Shown here piece by piece: positions 20,069 through 30,348 of a stretch of DNA of 64,000 nt. The position numbers and the translations under genes were made by a program. The notes under the pieces are model-generated. The model saw only the letters and a list, made by a program, of their open reading frames with translations, was not told where the DNA came from and did no database searches. The first letter of the stretch is position 1, and each line of letters opens with the position of its first letter. This stretch comes from an uncultured Clostridium sp. (GTDB lineage Bacteria > Bacillota > Clostridia > TANB77 > CAG-465), in contig CAOKPF010000001.1 in the NCBI GenBank assembly GCA_948470565.1, positions 5,866-69,865 of the forward strand, written 5' to 3'.

Positions 20069-21274
20069 TTGAAAAAGTTAATAAAATTTTTCTTTACATG
20101 TGCAATATGTGTAGGAATTACATATTATTTATATTTAAATCCAGAAATTACAGTTTTAATTTCAGATAGAATTACTGATACTGTTGAAATAATTGGAACA
20201 TATTTTGAAAAGGACTTAGAAGAATATACATCAGATTTTCAAATAAATGAACTCGAAATTGAAAAAGATGATTATTATTATGGATTTCTTACTAGTAACC
20301 AAAAAACAGTATATAATTACATAGCACATGCAGTAAAGGATTTAAAAAAAGAATTTAAAGTAAAGGGGTATGAACTTAGTACTACTCCTGAGGCTATGTC
20401 TGATGTATCTGAAGCAATGGATGCCTTTTTTAATGATCATCCAGAAGTATTTTATTTAGAAACATCATATAGAGTTGCAATTAATAGTTGGATTACAGGA
20501 CAAGTATTGGAAATTCAGCTCGCATATACTGTAACTAATGAAATAGAATTACAAAATCAGATTAGAATAATTAATGCTAAGATAAATGACATGATAAAGA
20601 ATGTTCCTGTAAATAATATATTTGAAACAGAACTTGAATTACATGATAGGTTGTGTAAAAGTGCTTCATATTTTAAATATACAGATATAGACGATATTCC
20701 TATGGAATGTCATACCATATATGGAACATTTGTAAAAGATACTGCAGTATGCGATGGTTTTTCGAAAGCAATGCAAATATTATTAGATAGGGTAGGAATT
20801 GAAAGTATAATTACTGTTGGAAATTTACAAGGTGAATCACATGCTTGGAATATGGTACATTTAGATGATGAATGGTATCATTTAGATGTGACTTCTGACA
20901 AATCGTTATATAGAAATGATGAATTAAGTAATTATGTTATTCACTCATATTTTAATGTAACAACTGAGAATATAAAAGCTACACATAGTATAAAATATGA
21001 AAGGAAAATCCCAAGGGCAGTTGAAACTAAATATAATTATTATGTGTATATGAATAAATATATATCAAATAATGATTATTTTACGAGTAAGATAAAAAGT
21101 ATATTAGATAATAATAAAGATACACAATTAGTAGAATTTAGTGCTGATAATATAAATAAAGTTGCAGATAAGATGACAACTGTACTTGCAGATAAAAAAT
21201 ATAATGAGTATGTATCTAGTAATAACGTATTTAAATATTATATTGTACTTAATTCGTATATAATGGTTAAATAA
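20069..21274 (+). CDS. transglutaminase-like cysteine protease domain protein
   Basis: N-terminal TM segment. CDGFS...HAWNMV...D catalytic triad arrangement of transglutaminase-like proteins. Confidence 0.65.
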   Translation: MKKLIKFFFTCAICVGITYYLYLNPEITVLISDRITDTVEIIGTYFEKDLEEYTSDFQINELEIEKDDYYYGFLTSNQKTVYNYIAHAVKDLKKEFKVKGYELSTTPEAMSDVSEAMDAFFNDHPEVFYLETSYRVAINSWITGQVLEIQLAYTVTNEIELQNQIRIINAKINDMIKNVPVNNIFETELELHDRLCKSASYFKYTDIDDIPMECHTIYGTFVKDTAVCDGFSKAMQILLDRVGIESIITVGNLQGESHAWNMVHLDDEWYHLDVTSDKSLYRNDELSNYVIHSYFNVTTENIKATHSIKYERKIPRAVETKYNYYVYMNKYISNNDYFTSKIKSILDNNKDTQLVEFSADNINKVADKMTTVLADKKYNEYVSSNNVFKYYIVLNSYIMVK

Positions 21275-21302
21275 TTGGAAAAAAATAATATAGAGAGGAG
21301 AA

Positions 21303-23777
21303 ATGAAAATGGAGGATATAATTGACCTATTTAAAGATATATATAATGAGCATAAAAAAGTAATTATTGGAATGGTTATAGCAGCTTTAGTATTAGTCAT
21401 AGGTGTAAATGTTTTTAAAGCTGTATATAATCCAATAACAATTTCCTGGGGAGAAAATAGTGTAATAGCAACTAAGGAAAAAATTATAGTTTTAGATGCA
21501 ACAGCAACAGATAAATATGGTAAGGCTTATGACATAGAATGGGAAGTTAGTGATGGACAGATTAATACAAATTTTGGAAATGAAATAAAGTGGAGTTTGC
21601 CTGATAATCCAGGAGTATATACTGTTACAGTAAAATGCGAGGATAAAATAAAATCTAAAAATATAACAGTGTTAGATAATGAGTTATCCTTACAACTACA
21701 TGAAACACTAAAATATGATGAAAATAACGATGAAGATGCAGATGGTATTATTAATTCAAAAGAAGTAGAAAATAGTACAGCAATTAATTTAATAGATAGT
21801 GATGGAGATGGACTTTCTGATTATTACGAATTAAATGTTTCAAAAACCTCACCTACAATATCAGATTCAGATGAAGATGGTATAAATGATGGAAATGAAA
21901 TACTTTTACAACTTGATCCTTTAAGTAAGAATGAAGATACTAATTTAAAATATAATTTTTCCGATGAAAAAACAGGTACACAAATTGAAATTACAGGTAA
22001 AGAAAATATTGCAAGTACTACTGTTAATGAATATAAGTTAGATAATATTTCTAGTATTAATAAAAATATTAGTCCTGTATATCAAATCCATAGTGAGGGT
22101 GAAATTAGTGATGCGATTATTAAATTAAAGTACAATAAGGAAACTATTACTTCAGCTGGGATAAATGAAAGTAATTTAGGTATATACAGAGTTGATATGA
22201 AGGCTAATGAATTTGAAAAAATTGATTCAAACTTAGATACTCAAAATAGCATAATATCTTGTAATGTAAATGAACTTGGAATGTATTTTATAGGTGATAC
22301 AACTACAATTTCTAAATCAATTTCAACAGAGCTTATGTTTGTAATTGATAATTCAGGTTCTATGTATTCAAGTGAAGAGGTATCAGGTAGTGCAGAAAAT
22401 GATGTAGATTTTAAAAGAGTAGATTTATCAAATAAGATTATAGATAAATTAGAAGGACATTATAAATTTGGAGCAGGTAAATTTACATTTGAGTATACTA
22501 GTTTGAGTGGTATGACAGAAAATAAATCTCAGGTAAAAGAACAATTAAATTCTATAAAAAGTGTAGTAGAGAAGTTTACAGGTACATATATAGGTAATGC
22601 GATTAGTGAAGGTGTAAAGGCCTTTTCTAATCAAGATATTGCAAGAAAATATATGATATTACTTACTGATGGAAAGGATAGTACTGATGTACAAGGATAC
22701 GATAAAGATAAAATAACTAAAGCAATACAAGAAGCAAAAGATGCGAATGTGAAAATATTTACTATTGGATTAGGTCAGGAGATAGAGCAAAATACTTTGA
22801 AAAATATTTCTGAGCAAACTGGTGGGGAATATTATTATGCTACTAATGATGAAATTTTAGAAAGTATATTTGAATTAATATCTGCAAAAATAAATTACAA
22901 TTTAGTTGACAGTAATAGAGATAATTTAGATGATAGCATAGTATTAAATGATAGTAAGTTTATTACTAAAAGAGATGGTTTTCCATTTAATAATTTTGCA
23001 TCTACAAAAAATAATTATGGAGTAACCTATGGTATGACATTATTTGCAAAATTATATTACCAAGGTGATTTACCAAAAAGTTTAGATAGTATGACAATAA
23101 GGACAAATGCTAATAATGGAACTGTAAAAGCTGATGGATATAATTTGGGAAATAGTGTAATAGAAGATTCTCTTTCAAATTTAGAATTTGAAAATTTATA
23201 TTTCTTATCAAAAGAACCAAACGATTTTAGATATATGGTAGAAAATAATATATTATTAATTAATCCTACTTATTCTAATGAATATATTGAATATGGATTT
23301 AATACATATAATATTGACACAATTGTAGCGAATGCACCATTTAGAAAATATAATCAGTATTATTTAGATATGGATTCGGAAGCATTTTTAAATTCAGATT
23401 ATAATGAAAAAGAAATTATTAACGCTTTTTATAGGTTAGATATATTAAAGTATAGACAAGATGAGTATAATTTTAGTAGTATACCTGATGAGAGCTTTAA
23501 TAAATTAGTTGAAATGCTTAAAAATAATGAACCTGCATTACTAGTACTAAATGAAAATTACACAGTATGTGCTATAAAACTTTTAGCAGATAGTATTAAT
23601 CCAAATAAAATGTTAATAGAAGTATATGATAGTAATTATAGTAATAAAAATAAATTTATTGAAGTAACACGAACTAATCTTGTCAATGAGAAAAATAAAT
23701 ATCAGTATAAATTTAGTTATAATGGAAATGAGGTATATGTAAAAATTAGTATACCAAGTATAGAAACTAAGTTATAA
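21303..23777 (+). CDS. von Willebrand factor A domain protein with D-rich calcium-binding repeats
   Basis: N-terminal TM. DSDGDGLSDYYE / DSDEDGINDGNE thrombospondin-type-3-like repeats. vWA motifs: MFVIDNSGSM (MIDAS DxSxS), LLTDGKDST, TIGLG. Confidence 0.65.
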   Translation: MKMEDIIDLFKDIYNEHKKVIIGMVIAALVLVIGVNVFKAVYNPITISWGENSVIATKEKIIVLDATATDKYGKAYDIEWEVSDGQINTNFGNEIKWSLPDNPGVYTVTVKCEDKIKSKNITVLDNELSLQLHETLKYDENNDEDADGIINSKEVENSTAINLIDSDGDGLSDYYELNVSKTSPTISDSDEDGINDGNEILLQLDPLSKNEDTNLKYNFSDEKTGTQIEITGKENIASTTVNEYKLDNISSINKNISPVYQIHSEGEISDAIIKLKYNKETITSAGINESNLGIYRVDMKANEFEKIDSNLDTQNSIISCNVNELGMYFIGDTTTISKSISTELMFVIDNSGSMYSSEEVSGSAENDVDFKRVDLSNKIIDKLEGHYKFGAGKFTFEYTSLSGMTENKSQVKEQLNSIKSVVEKFTGTYIGNAISEGVKAFSNQDIARKYMILLTDGKDSTDVQGYDKDKITKAIQEAKDANVKIFTIGLGQEIEQNTLKNISEQTGGEYYYATNDEILESIFELISAKINYNLVDSNRDNLDDSIVLNDSKFITKRDGFPFNNFASTKNNYGVTYGMTLFAKLYYQGDLPKSLDSMTIRTNANNGTVKADGYNLGNSVIEDSLSNLEFENLYFLSKEPNDFRYMVENNILLINPTYSNEYIEYGFNTYNIDTIVANAPFRKYNQYYLDMDSEAFLNSDYNEKEIINAFYRLDILKYRQDEYNFSSIPDESFNKLVEMLKNNEPALLVLNENYTVCAIKLLADSINPNKMLIEVYDSNYSNKNKFIEVTRTNLVNEKNKYQYKFSYNGNEVYVKISIPSIETKL

Positions 23778-23869
23778 AATAGAGAGTACAGTTTTAACAC
23801 TGTACTTTTAAAATATATTGTTGATTTTTGTATATATAAGTAGTATAATATGTAATAAAAAGGAAAAAA

Positions 23870-25159
23870 ATGGTAATGGGTAAAATTTATTTAGAAAAAG
23901 ATGTAGTAACTGCTGCAATAGAGAGGTTAGAGTACGTTTTTAACAATTTTGACAATGTATATTTTAGTTTTAGTGGTGGGAAAGATAGTTCAGTAATGTT
24001 GCAGCTTGCAAATCAAATAGCAAAAAGATTAAAGAAAAAATTTGATGTATTATTCATAGACTTAGAAGCTCAGTATAAACTTACTATAGAGCATGTAGAA
24101 GAAATGAAAAAACTTTCAAGAATAAGATATTTTTATCATATAGCTTTACCACTTGCACTTAGAAATTCGGTATCTGTATTACAACCAAAATGGACATGCT
24201 GGGATGAAAATTCTAAAGATTTATGGGTTCGTGATTTACCTAAGGATAGTATAAATATTTACAATTGTCCTATAAAAGATTTTAGAGTTGGAGAGGAGTT
24301 TGAAGAATTTGTATTGCAATTTGCAAAATGGTATCAAAATGAGCATGGTGGAACTTGTGCTTGTGGTGTTGCAATACGTGCAAATGAAAGCTTAAATAGA
24401 TTTAGGACTGTTGCAAAAAAGATAAAAAAGAGAATGTATAAAAATATTATATGGACTACTGAGATAAAATATAGGAATTATTTAGATGTATATAACTTTT
24501 ATCCAATTTATGATTTTACAACAGAAGATATTTGGGGAATTGTAAGTAAATTTGATTTTGAGTATAATAAAGTTTATGAATTACTGTATAAAAATGGAGT
24601 TCCAATAGCTCAGCAAAGACTTTGTCAACCATATGGAGATGATCAAAGAAATGGTTTAGATCAATTTAGAGCTTTAGAACCAGAAACATGGGAGAAAATA
24701 TTAAATAGAGTAAATGGTGTAAATTTTGGAAATATATATTGTAAGACTACAGCATTAGGAAATTTAAGAACCTCTAAACCAGATTTTATGACATGGGAGG
24801 AATATTCGGTATATTTATTAGAAAGTATTGGAATATATAATAAAGAATTGATGATACATTATTACCATAAGATTAAAAAATTTATGAATTGGTATGAAAA
24901 AAAAGAAGGTATTACAGTAAAGGATATTCCTCAAGAAGCGGATATTAAACTTGAAGGTAGAAAAAAGGTTATAAGTTGGCGTAGAATTGCTAGAAGTTTA
25001 GAAAAAAATGATTTTTATATGAGAAGGCTTTGTTTTTCTCAGACTAAAGGTGATGAGGAAAAACTAAGAAAATTTATGAAAAAATATCAAAATTTCCTTA
25101 CTTCTGAAACTGATACAGATGAGGATTTAATACAAATTGCTATTGAGGAGGGATATTAA
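23870..25159 (+). CDS. PAPS-reductase-like PP-loop protein (IbrA-like)
   Basis: SFSGGKDSSVML PP-loop. Roughly 430 aa with a long C-terminal extension as in the IbrA/DUF3440 family. Paired with a ParB-like gene. Confidence 0.6.
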   Translation: MVMGKIYLEKDVVTAAIERLEYVFNNFDNVYFSFSGGKDSSVMLQLANQIAKRLKKKFDVLFIDLEAQYKLTIEHVEEMKKLSRIRYFYHIALPLALRNSVSVLQPKWTCWDENSKDLWVRDLPKDSINIYNCPIKDFRVGEEFEEFVLQFAKWYQNEHGGTCACGVAIRANESLNRFRTVAKKIKKRMYKNIIWTTEIKYRNYLDVYNFYPIYDFTTEDIWGIVSKFDFEYNKVYELLYKNGVPIAQQRLCQPYGDDQRNGLDQFRALEPETWEKILNRVNGVNFGNIYCKTTALGNLRTSKPDFMTWEEYSVYLLESIGIYNKELMIHYYHKIKKFMNWYEKKEGITVKDIPQEADIKLEGRKKVISWRRIARSLEKNDFYMRRLCFSQTKGDEEKLRKFMKKYQNFLTSETDTDEDLIQIAIEEGY

Positions 25160-25647
25160 TGAAAGATATAGAATTTCCAGTATTAGATGTAAAAATGGTC
25201 GATATTGACAAAGTAATTTCAAATGATTATAACCCAAATAGAGTTGCAACTCCTGAATTAGTACTATTAAGAAAATCAATTGAAGCAGATGGCTATACTC
25301 AGCCTATAGTTACATATTATGATAAGAAAAATGATAAATATATAGTAGTAGATGGGTTTCATAGATATAAGTGTGCCAAAGAGTATTTCTTTTTAAAGGA
25401 GATACCAGTTGTTACTATAAATAAAGATTTAAAGAATAGAATGGCGTCAACTATAAGGCATAATAGGGCACGTGGAACACATCAGATTGGAGATATGTCA
25501 AAGATAGTAGTAACATTATTAAAAAAAGGTTGGTCAGATGAAAAAATATGCATAGAACTTGGAATGGAATTAGATGAAGTTATAAGATTAAAACAAGTAA
25601 GTGGGTTAAAAGAAGCTTTTGCTGATCACAAATTTAGTAGAACATAG
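25159..25647 (+). CDS. ParB-like nuclease domain protein (IbrB-like)
   Basis: ParB/Srx fold motifs: DYNPNR...GYTQPI...DGFHRY. Start overlaps the stop of the upstream gene (ATGA). Confidence 0.6.
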   Translation: MKDIEFPVLDVKMVDIDKVISNDYNPNRVATPELVLLRKSIEADGYTQPIVTYYDKKNDKYIVVDGFHRYKCAKEYFFLKEIPVVTINKDLKNRMASTIRHNRARGTHQIGDMSKIVVTLLKKGWSDEKICIELGMELDEVIRLKQVSGLKEAFADHKFSRT

Positions 25648-25793
25648 GAAGAATTTGAAAATTCAATAAAAGATGATTTAGAAAAGGAACAAGAAGAAAT
25701 AAAGGAAGAAAAATTAAAGAAAAAACTAGAAAGAATAAAGCAAAATAATAATAATATTAAGTAGAATATATAGTTAAGAGTTGTAAAAATAAG

Positions 25794-25836
25794 AAATCAT
25801 TGAAATTGCATATGTATTTTCAATGATTTTTTATTG
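25794..25836 (+). terminator. rho-independent terminator
   Basis: aaatcattgaaa..tttcaatgattt hairpin followed by TTTTATT. Confidence 0.55.
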
Positions 25837-25876
25837 TATAATTAAAAATAATAATCTTTTTTAAAGTCCTCTTTTC

Positions 25877-26603
25877 TTAATTAAAATTAATTGAAAAATA
25901 ATTTTGCAATCCTAGAAAGATTCCCCAAGCAAGTTTATTTTGATAATTATCCGTTTTTAGTAAATTTGTCTCTTCTGCATTAGATAAAAATCCGCATTCT
26001 ATAATTACAGATGGTATTTTTACATGTTCCATTATATATACATTAGTAATTTTTAGAGGGACTCTATCGTTTTTAAATTCAATATTTTTATTTAGATTAT
26101 CCTGTATATATTGTGCTAGTATTTTGCTATTTTCATTATTTTCTTGGTAGAATGTCTGCCACCCTCTATAAATTTCGGATTCAGGATATTTATTTAAATG
26201 AATTGATACAAATACATCTGCATTACTGTTATTTCCAATTTCAACTCTGTTTTTTATGTCACTAACTTTTTTACTTTTAATACTTTTGCTATCTAATGAA
26301 TATATGCCATTTTCATCACTTCTAGTAAGAATTACACTAGCACCACTTTGTTCTATTAGTTTTTGTAGTTTTAATCCTATTGCTAAGTTTATTGCCTGTT
26401 CTGTTGTACCATAGTAGCCAACTGCTCCGTTCATCTGGAATACCATGTCCACTATCGATAATTATTACTTTATTTGTTATTGGAAGTGCATTTACCATTG
26501 CAACTTGATTAGGAATTTTGCGTATTATTCCATACGTTACAAGCGATATAACAATTAGTACAAGCGAAAATAATAATATTTTATTAAATTTAGTTAAATT
26601 CAT
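25877..26603 (-). pseudogene. N-acetylmuramoyl-L-alanine amidase (CwlD-like, Amidase_3) with +1 frameshift
   Basis: Signal peptide and IIIDSGHGIPDE in one frame; GAVGYYGTTEQAINL...VFVSIHLN in the next. Removing one nt near 26447 (gaaCgg) restores GHGIPDEGAVG, matching the GHGG.D.GAV family motif. Confidence 0.6.
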
Positions 26604-27084
26604 TGTATCACCTTATATATATATATGTTAATATATTTTAATATATCACATGTGAATTTAAATAATATTACTAAATTTAATTATAATTAAAAATTCGTAT
26701 AAAGATTAATAGGTTACATACTATTATTGGATTGCTTTAAACAAAAGTTGATATAATTTATCTTAAACACTGTTGAGAGAGAAAAAATCACTATGTATTC
26801 TAAGAAAAGGAATTGGAAGTCTCGGAATTTTAATAAAAAATGTATAAGATTTTTATTTATTATATCATAAAAAATATATAAACATATAATATCAATTATT
26901 TTAAGATAAAATAATTTTATAGTATAAAGTTAATATAAATATAAAAATACATATAAATGTAATATAAAGGAAAATAAATGTGAAAATTGCAAATTATTTG
27001 AGAATTTTTTGATTATAAAATTGACAAAAGAACATTGCATATATAAGGATTATATCAATCTAATACTATAAGAGTATTTAAGAT

Positions 27085-27470
27085 GTGAGTATATGCCATC
27101 TTTATTACTTCTAGTAAGAATACACTAGCACAACTTTATTCTATTATTTTTTGTAGGTTTAATTCTATTGTTAGGTTTATCGCTTGTTTTTTGTACCATA
27201 GTAGCAACAGCTCCGTTCATCTGGAATACCATGTCCACTATCTGTAATGATTAATTATTCGTTATTGGAAATACATTAATCATTCAACTTGACGAAAATT
27301 TGCGTATTATGCTATATGTTGCAATTGATATAATAATAGTAAAAATTAAATTTAGTTAAATTAATTGAATTATATACATTGATGTATTTTAATTTTACAT
27401 ACAAATCAAAAATTTGTATAAAGATTAATAGTCATTTTAGCTATTATTGATTATTTTTAAAAATCATATT
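27085..27470 (-). repeat. decayed partial tandem duplicate of the amidase 5' region and its upstream sequence
   Basis: About 85% identity with indels to 26296-26750. It includes the same gatgaacggagc frameshift context and no intact ORF. Confidence 0.6.
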
Positions 27471-27655
27471 AATTTTATACAATCAGAGATGTCGAAGTTT
27501 GTGATCAAAAATTAAAAAAAATAATATTATATTGTTTACAGATAAACAAAAGTTTGGTATAATGTATATATGAAAAATGTATTAACTAATTAGTTTTTAA
27601 AACCAAGAGTTAGAAATAGTATTTTTGTGTATAAATAAATTGTAAAGGAGTTATA

Positions 27656-28123
27656 ATGGACAAGTATATGAAAGAGGCATTAAAACAAGCCAAAAAGGCA
27701 TATATTAAAGAAGAAGTACCTGTTGGAGCTGTTATAGTAAAAGATGGAGTTATTATTTCTAAGGCATATAATTTAAGGGAATCAAAGCAAAGTAGTTTAG
27801 CACATGCAGAAATAATATGTATAAACAGAGCTTGTAAAAAAATGAATAGTTGGCGACTTGATGGTTGCGAAATGTATGTGACTTTAGAACCATGCGCTAT
27901 GTGTTCAGGTGCTATTTTGCAGGCTAGAATAAAAAAAGTGTATATAGGTGCATATGATTACAAAAATGGTTGTGTAGGTTCATTATGTAATATGTTTAAT
28001 GTAAATACTACTCATAAGGTAGAATATGAATATATGCAAGATTGTGAGGAATGCTCAAATATATTGAGTGAGTTTTTTGAACAACTTAGGAGTAGAAAAA
28101 AAGGCAAAAATAATTGCCTTTAA
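27656..28123 (+). CDS. tadA: tRNA-specific adenosine deaminase
   Basis: HAEIICI...(C)..LEPCAMCSGAI CDA zinc motif; 155 aa. Confidence 0.85.
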   Translation: MDKYMKEALKQAKKAYIKEEVPVGAVIVKDGVIISKAYNLRESKQSSLAHAEIICINRACKKMNSWRLDGCEMYVTLEPCAMCSGAILQARIKKVYIGAYDYKNGCVGSLCNMFNVNTTHKVEYEYMQDCEECSNILSEFFEQLRSRKKGKNNCL

Positions 28124-28151
28124 AGATGAATACCAAACTAAAAAATATAAT

Positions 28152-28499
28152 TTAAGAATTACCTCTGGATTTTTCTACTTCTTTGCAAAATTCAACAATA
28201 GCATTAAATTTTTCAGTTGAAATATTTTTAAGATAATTAGTTATACTATCATTTGTTTCTTTTGATATACAAAAGAAATCATGCAGATCTATTTTAAATT
28301 CTGTACATATTTTTAATATTAGCATAATAGAACAAGTATACTTACAGTTTTCAATTCGTGAAATATGTTCAATTGAAACTTCTAATTTTTCAGCAAACTT
28401 TTCTTGAGTTAGGTTATTTTCTAAACGAATTTTTTTTACACTTTTTGCAATACATTCTTTTAGTTTGTCTTCATTTGAGAAATAAGATAAATAATTCAT
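28152..28499 (-). CDS. XRE-family HTH transcriptional regulator
   Basis: LTQEKFAEKLEVSIEHISRIE helix-turn-helix. Divergent from the downstream operon. Confidence 0.7.
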   Translation of the reverse strand: MNYLSYFSNEDKLKECIAKSVKKIRLENNLTQEKFAEKLEVSIEHISRIENCKYTCSIMLILKICTEFKIDLHDFFCISKETNDSITNYLKNISTEKFNAIVEFCKEVEKSRGNS

Positions 28500-29041
28500 A
28501 TTTTCGTCCTTTCAATATATAGTTAATAATAAATTATATATATGATACATTATTTTAAAACAAAATTTAATGATTTAATGTACATATTATAAGTTATAAT
28601 CAGTCATCATATACATAATAAAATGCTAAAAGTTAATGTTTCCTAAGAGTGAAGTCATATAAATTTTTGTTAAAAGGTTACCATTCAAGGGGGTAAAATT
28701 ATATTTTTTATGTCATTAATACTTTTGCACTGCCTTAATTTAAGTAATAATTTTATTAAAAATATATAATAAAAATTAATACTAAAATTTATTTTTATGA
28801 TTAAAATACTATAAAATTAATGTTATTTTGTAAAAATCATTTTTTTACAAGATAATATATTTGCTGATATAACAGTGTTTCATTTACCTTACTATACCCG
28901 TGAATAGTAACGTTAAAAGATAGACTAGAAAAACATTTTTTATATTTTATTTAATATTTCTTGAATTATGTAAAGTAATATGATATAATATACGCGTATA
29001 TGATATTAAACCTAATATGATTATAGAAGGAGGAATTTTTT

Positions 29042-30331
29042 ATGGAAAAATTTTTTGGAGAGAAAAAAGAAAAAAATATATATTTAGATAATGGAGCAAG
29101 TACGTTAGCTTTATTAGAAGTAAAAAATACTACCGATGAGTTTTTAATGAATTATGGTTCAGTTCACAGAGGTAGTGGATATAACAGTGAAACTTCTACA
29201 ATGTTATATGAGCAAGCAAGAGATAATATTTTAGAGTGTATAGAAGGTACAAAACAAGATCATGCTGTTATATTTACTGCTAATACAACAGATGGAATTA
29301 ATAAATTTGCACTTATGAGTAATTTTAGAAAAATACTGGTATCAGATATAGAACATTCAAGTAATAGGCTACCATGGGAAAAAAATTTCCAAGTTGTAGA
29401 GTTAAAGACTGTAGATTTTAAAATAGATATTGAGGAATTAGAAAGTACATTAAGTAAGGAAAGAGATATAGAATTAGTAGCATTGACTGGTGCCAGTAAT
29501 ATAACAGGATATGTTACAGATATTCAAAAAGTTTATGAGATTTGTAAGAAATATAATGTAATTTTCTTTTTAGATGCTTCACAATATGCACCACATTTTA
29601 AACCATCACTTAATGATTGCGATGTTATGGTATATTGTGGTCATAAGATGTATGCACCATTTGGAGCTGGAGTATTAGCAGGCAAAAAATCTTTATTTAG
29701 AAATGATAGAAATGCTGTTACAGGTGGTGGAAATGTGGTGTATGCCAGAAATGATTTTACTATATATAAAGATGTACCATATATGCACGAAAGTGGAACA
29801 CCAAACGGAATTGGTTGTGTTGCAATTTCTAAAGCTCATGATATATTATATAAAAAGATTGGTGAGAAAAATTTATTAAAACATGCAAATGATTTATGTG
29901 ATGAAATAGATAAAATTTGTGATAGGTTAGAAGGGGCAGGCTATAAAATATATTTTGGTAGAAAAGTTAAGGGAGTACAAAGAACACCAGTTTTAGTACT
30001 ATCAAATACTAAGAAAAGTAATAAGGAAACTGTAGATTTACTAAATAAAAGTATTGGTAAGTATAAAAAGAATATATTTTGTAGAGAAGGTGCTTTTTGT
30101 GCTTATAGACTAATTGAAAAAATAAAGGAAATTGATGGACCTATTATACAAGATGAAAAAGGTCAAGTATTTTTAAATAATATGGTAAAAGTATCTAAAG
30201 GTAGGTATATAGCTGATGATGCATGTAGATTGGATGACAGATACTCACTTATCAGATTTTCAGCAGGGTTAATAAATGAAGTAGAGGATATACAGTATCT
30301 TGCAGGAAAACTTATTCAAATAAATTCATAA
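29042..30331 (+). CDS. aminotransferase class V / cysteine desulfurase-like PLP enzyme
   Basis: LDNGAST...FTANTTDGIN...HK(M)...SG(T)PN architecture of NifS/CsdA-like enzymes. Strong RBS. Confidence 0.6.
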   Translation: MEKFFGEKKEKNIYLDNGASTLALLEVKNTTDEFLMNYGSVHRGSGYNSETSTMLYEQARDNILECIEGTKQDHAVIFTANTTDGINKFALMSNFRKILVSDIEHSSNRLPWEKNFQVVELKTVDFKIDIEELESTLSKERDIELVALTGASNITGYVTDIQKVYEICKKYNVIFFLDASQYAPHFKPSLNDCDVMVYCGHKMYAPFGAGVLAGKKSLFRNDRNAVTGGGNVVYARNDFTIYKDVPYMHESGTPNGIGCVAISKAHDILYKKIGEKNLLKHANDLCDEIDKICDRLEGAGYKIYFGRKVKGVQRTPVLVLSNTKKSNKETVDLLNKSIGKYKKNIFCREGAFCAYRLIEKIKEIDGPIIQDEKGQVFLNNMVKVSKGRYIADDACRLDDRYSLIRFSAGLINEVEDIQYLAGKLIQINS

Positions 30332-30348
30332 ATAAAGGAGAATAAAAA

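Noticed and set aside
25648-25760. Possible C-terminal extension or small ORF after the ParB-like gene (EEFENSIKDDLEKEQEEIKEEKLKKKLERIKQNNNNIK)
   Set aside because: It continues in frame only after a TAG stop and has no start codon or RBS. It is low-complexity Lys/Glu text, most likely noncoding; stop-codon read-through cannot be excluded.
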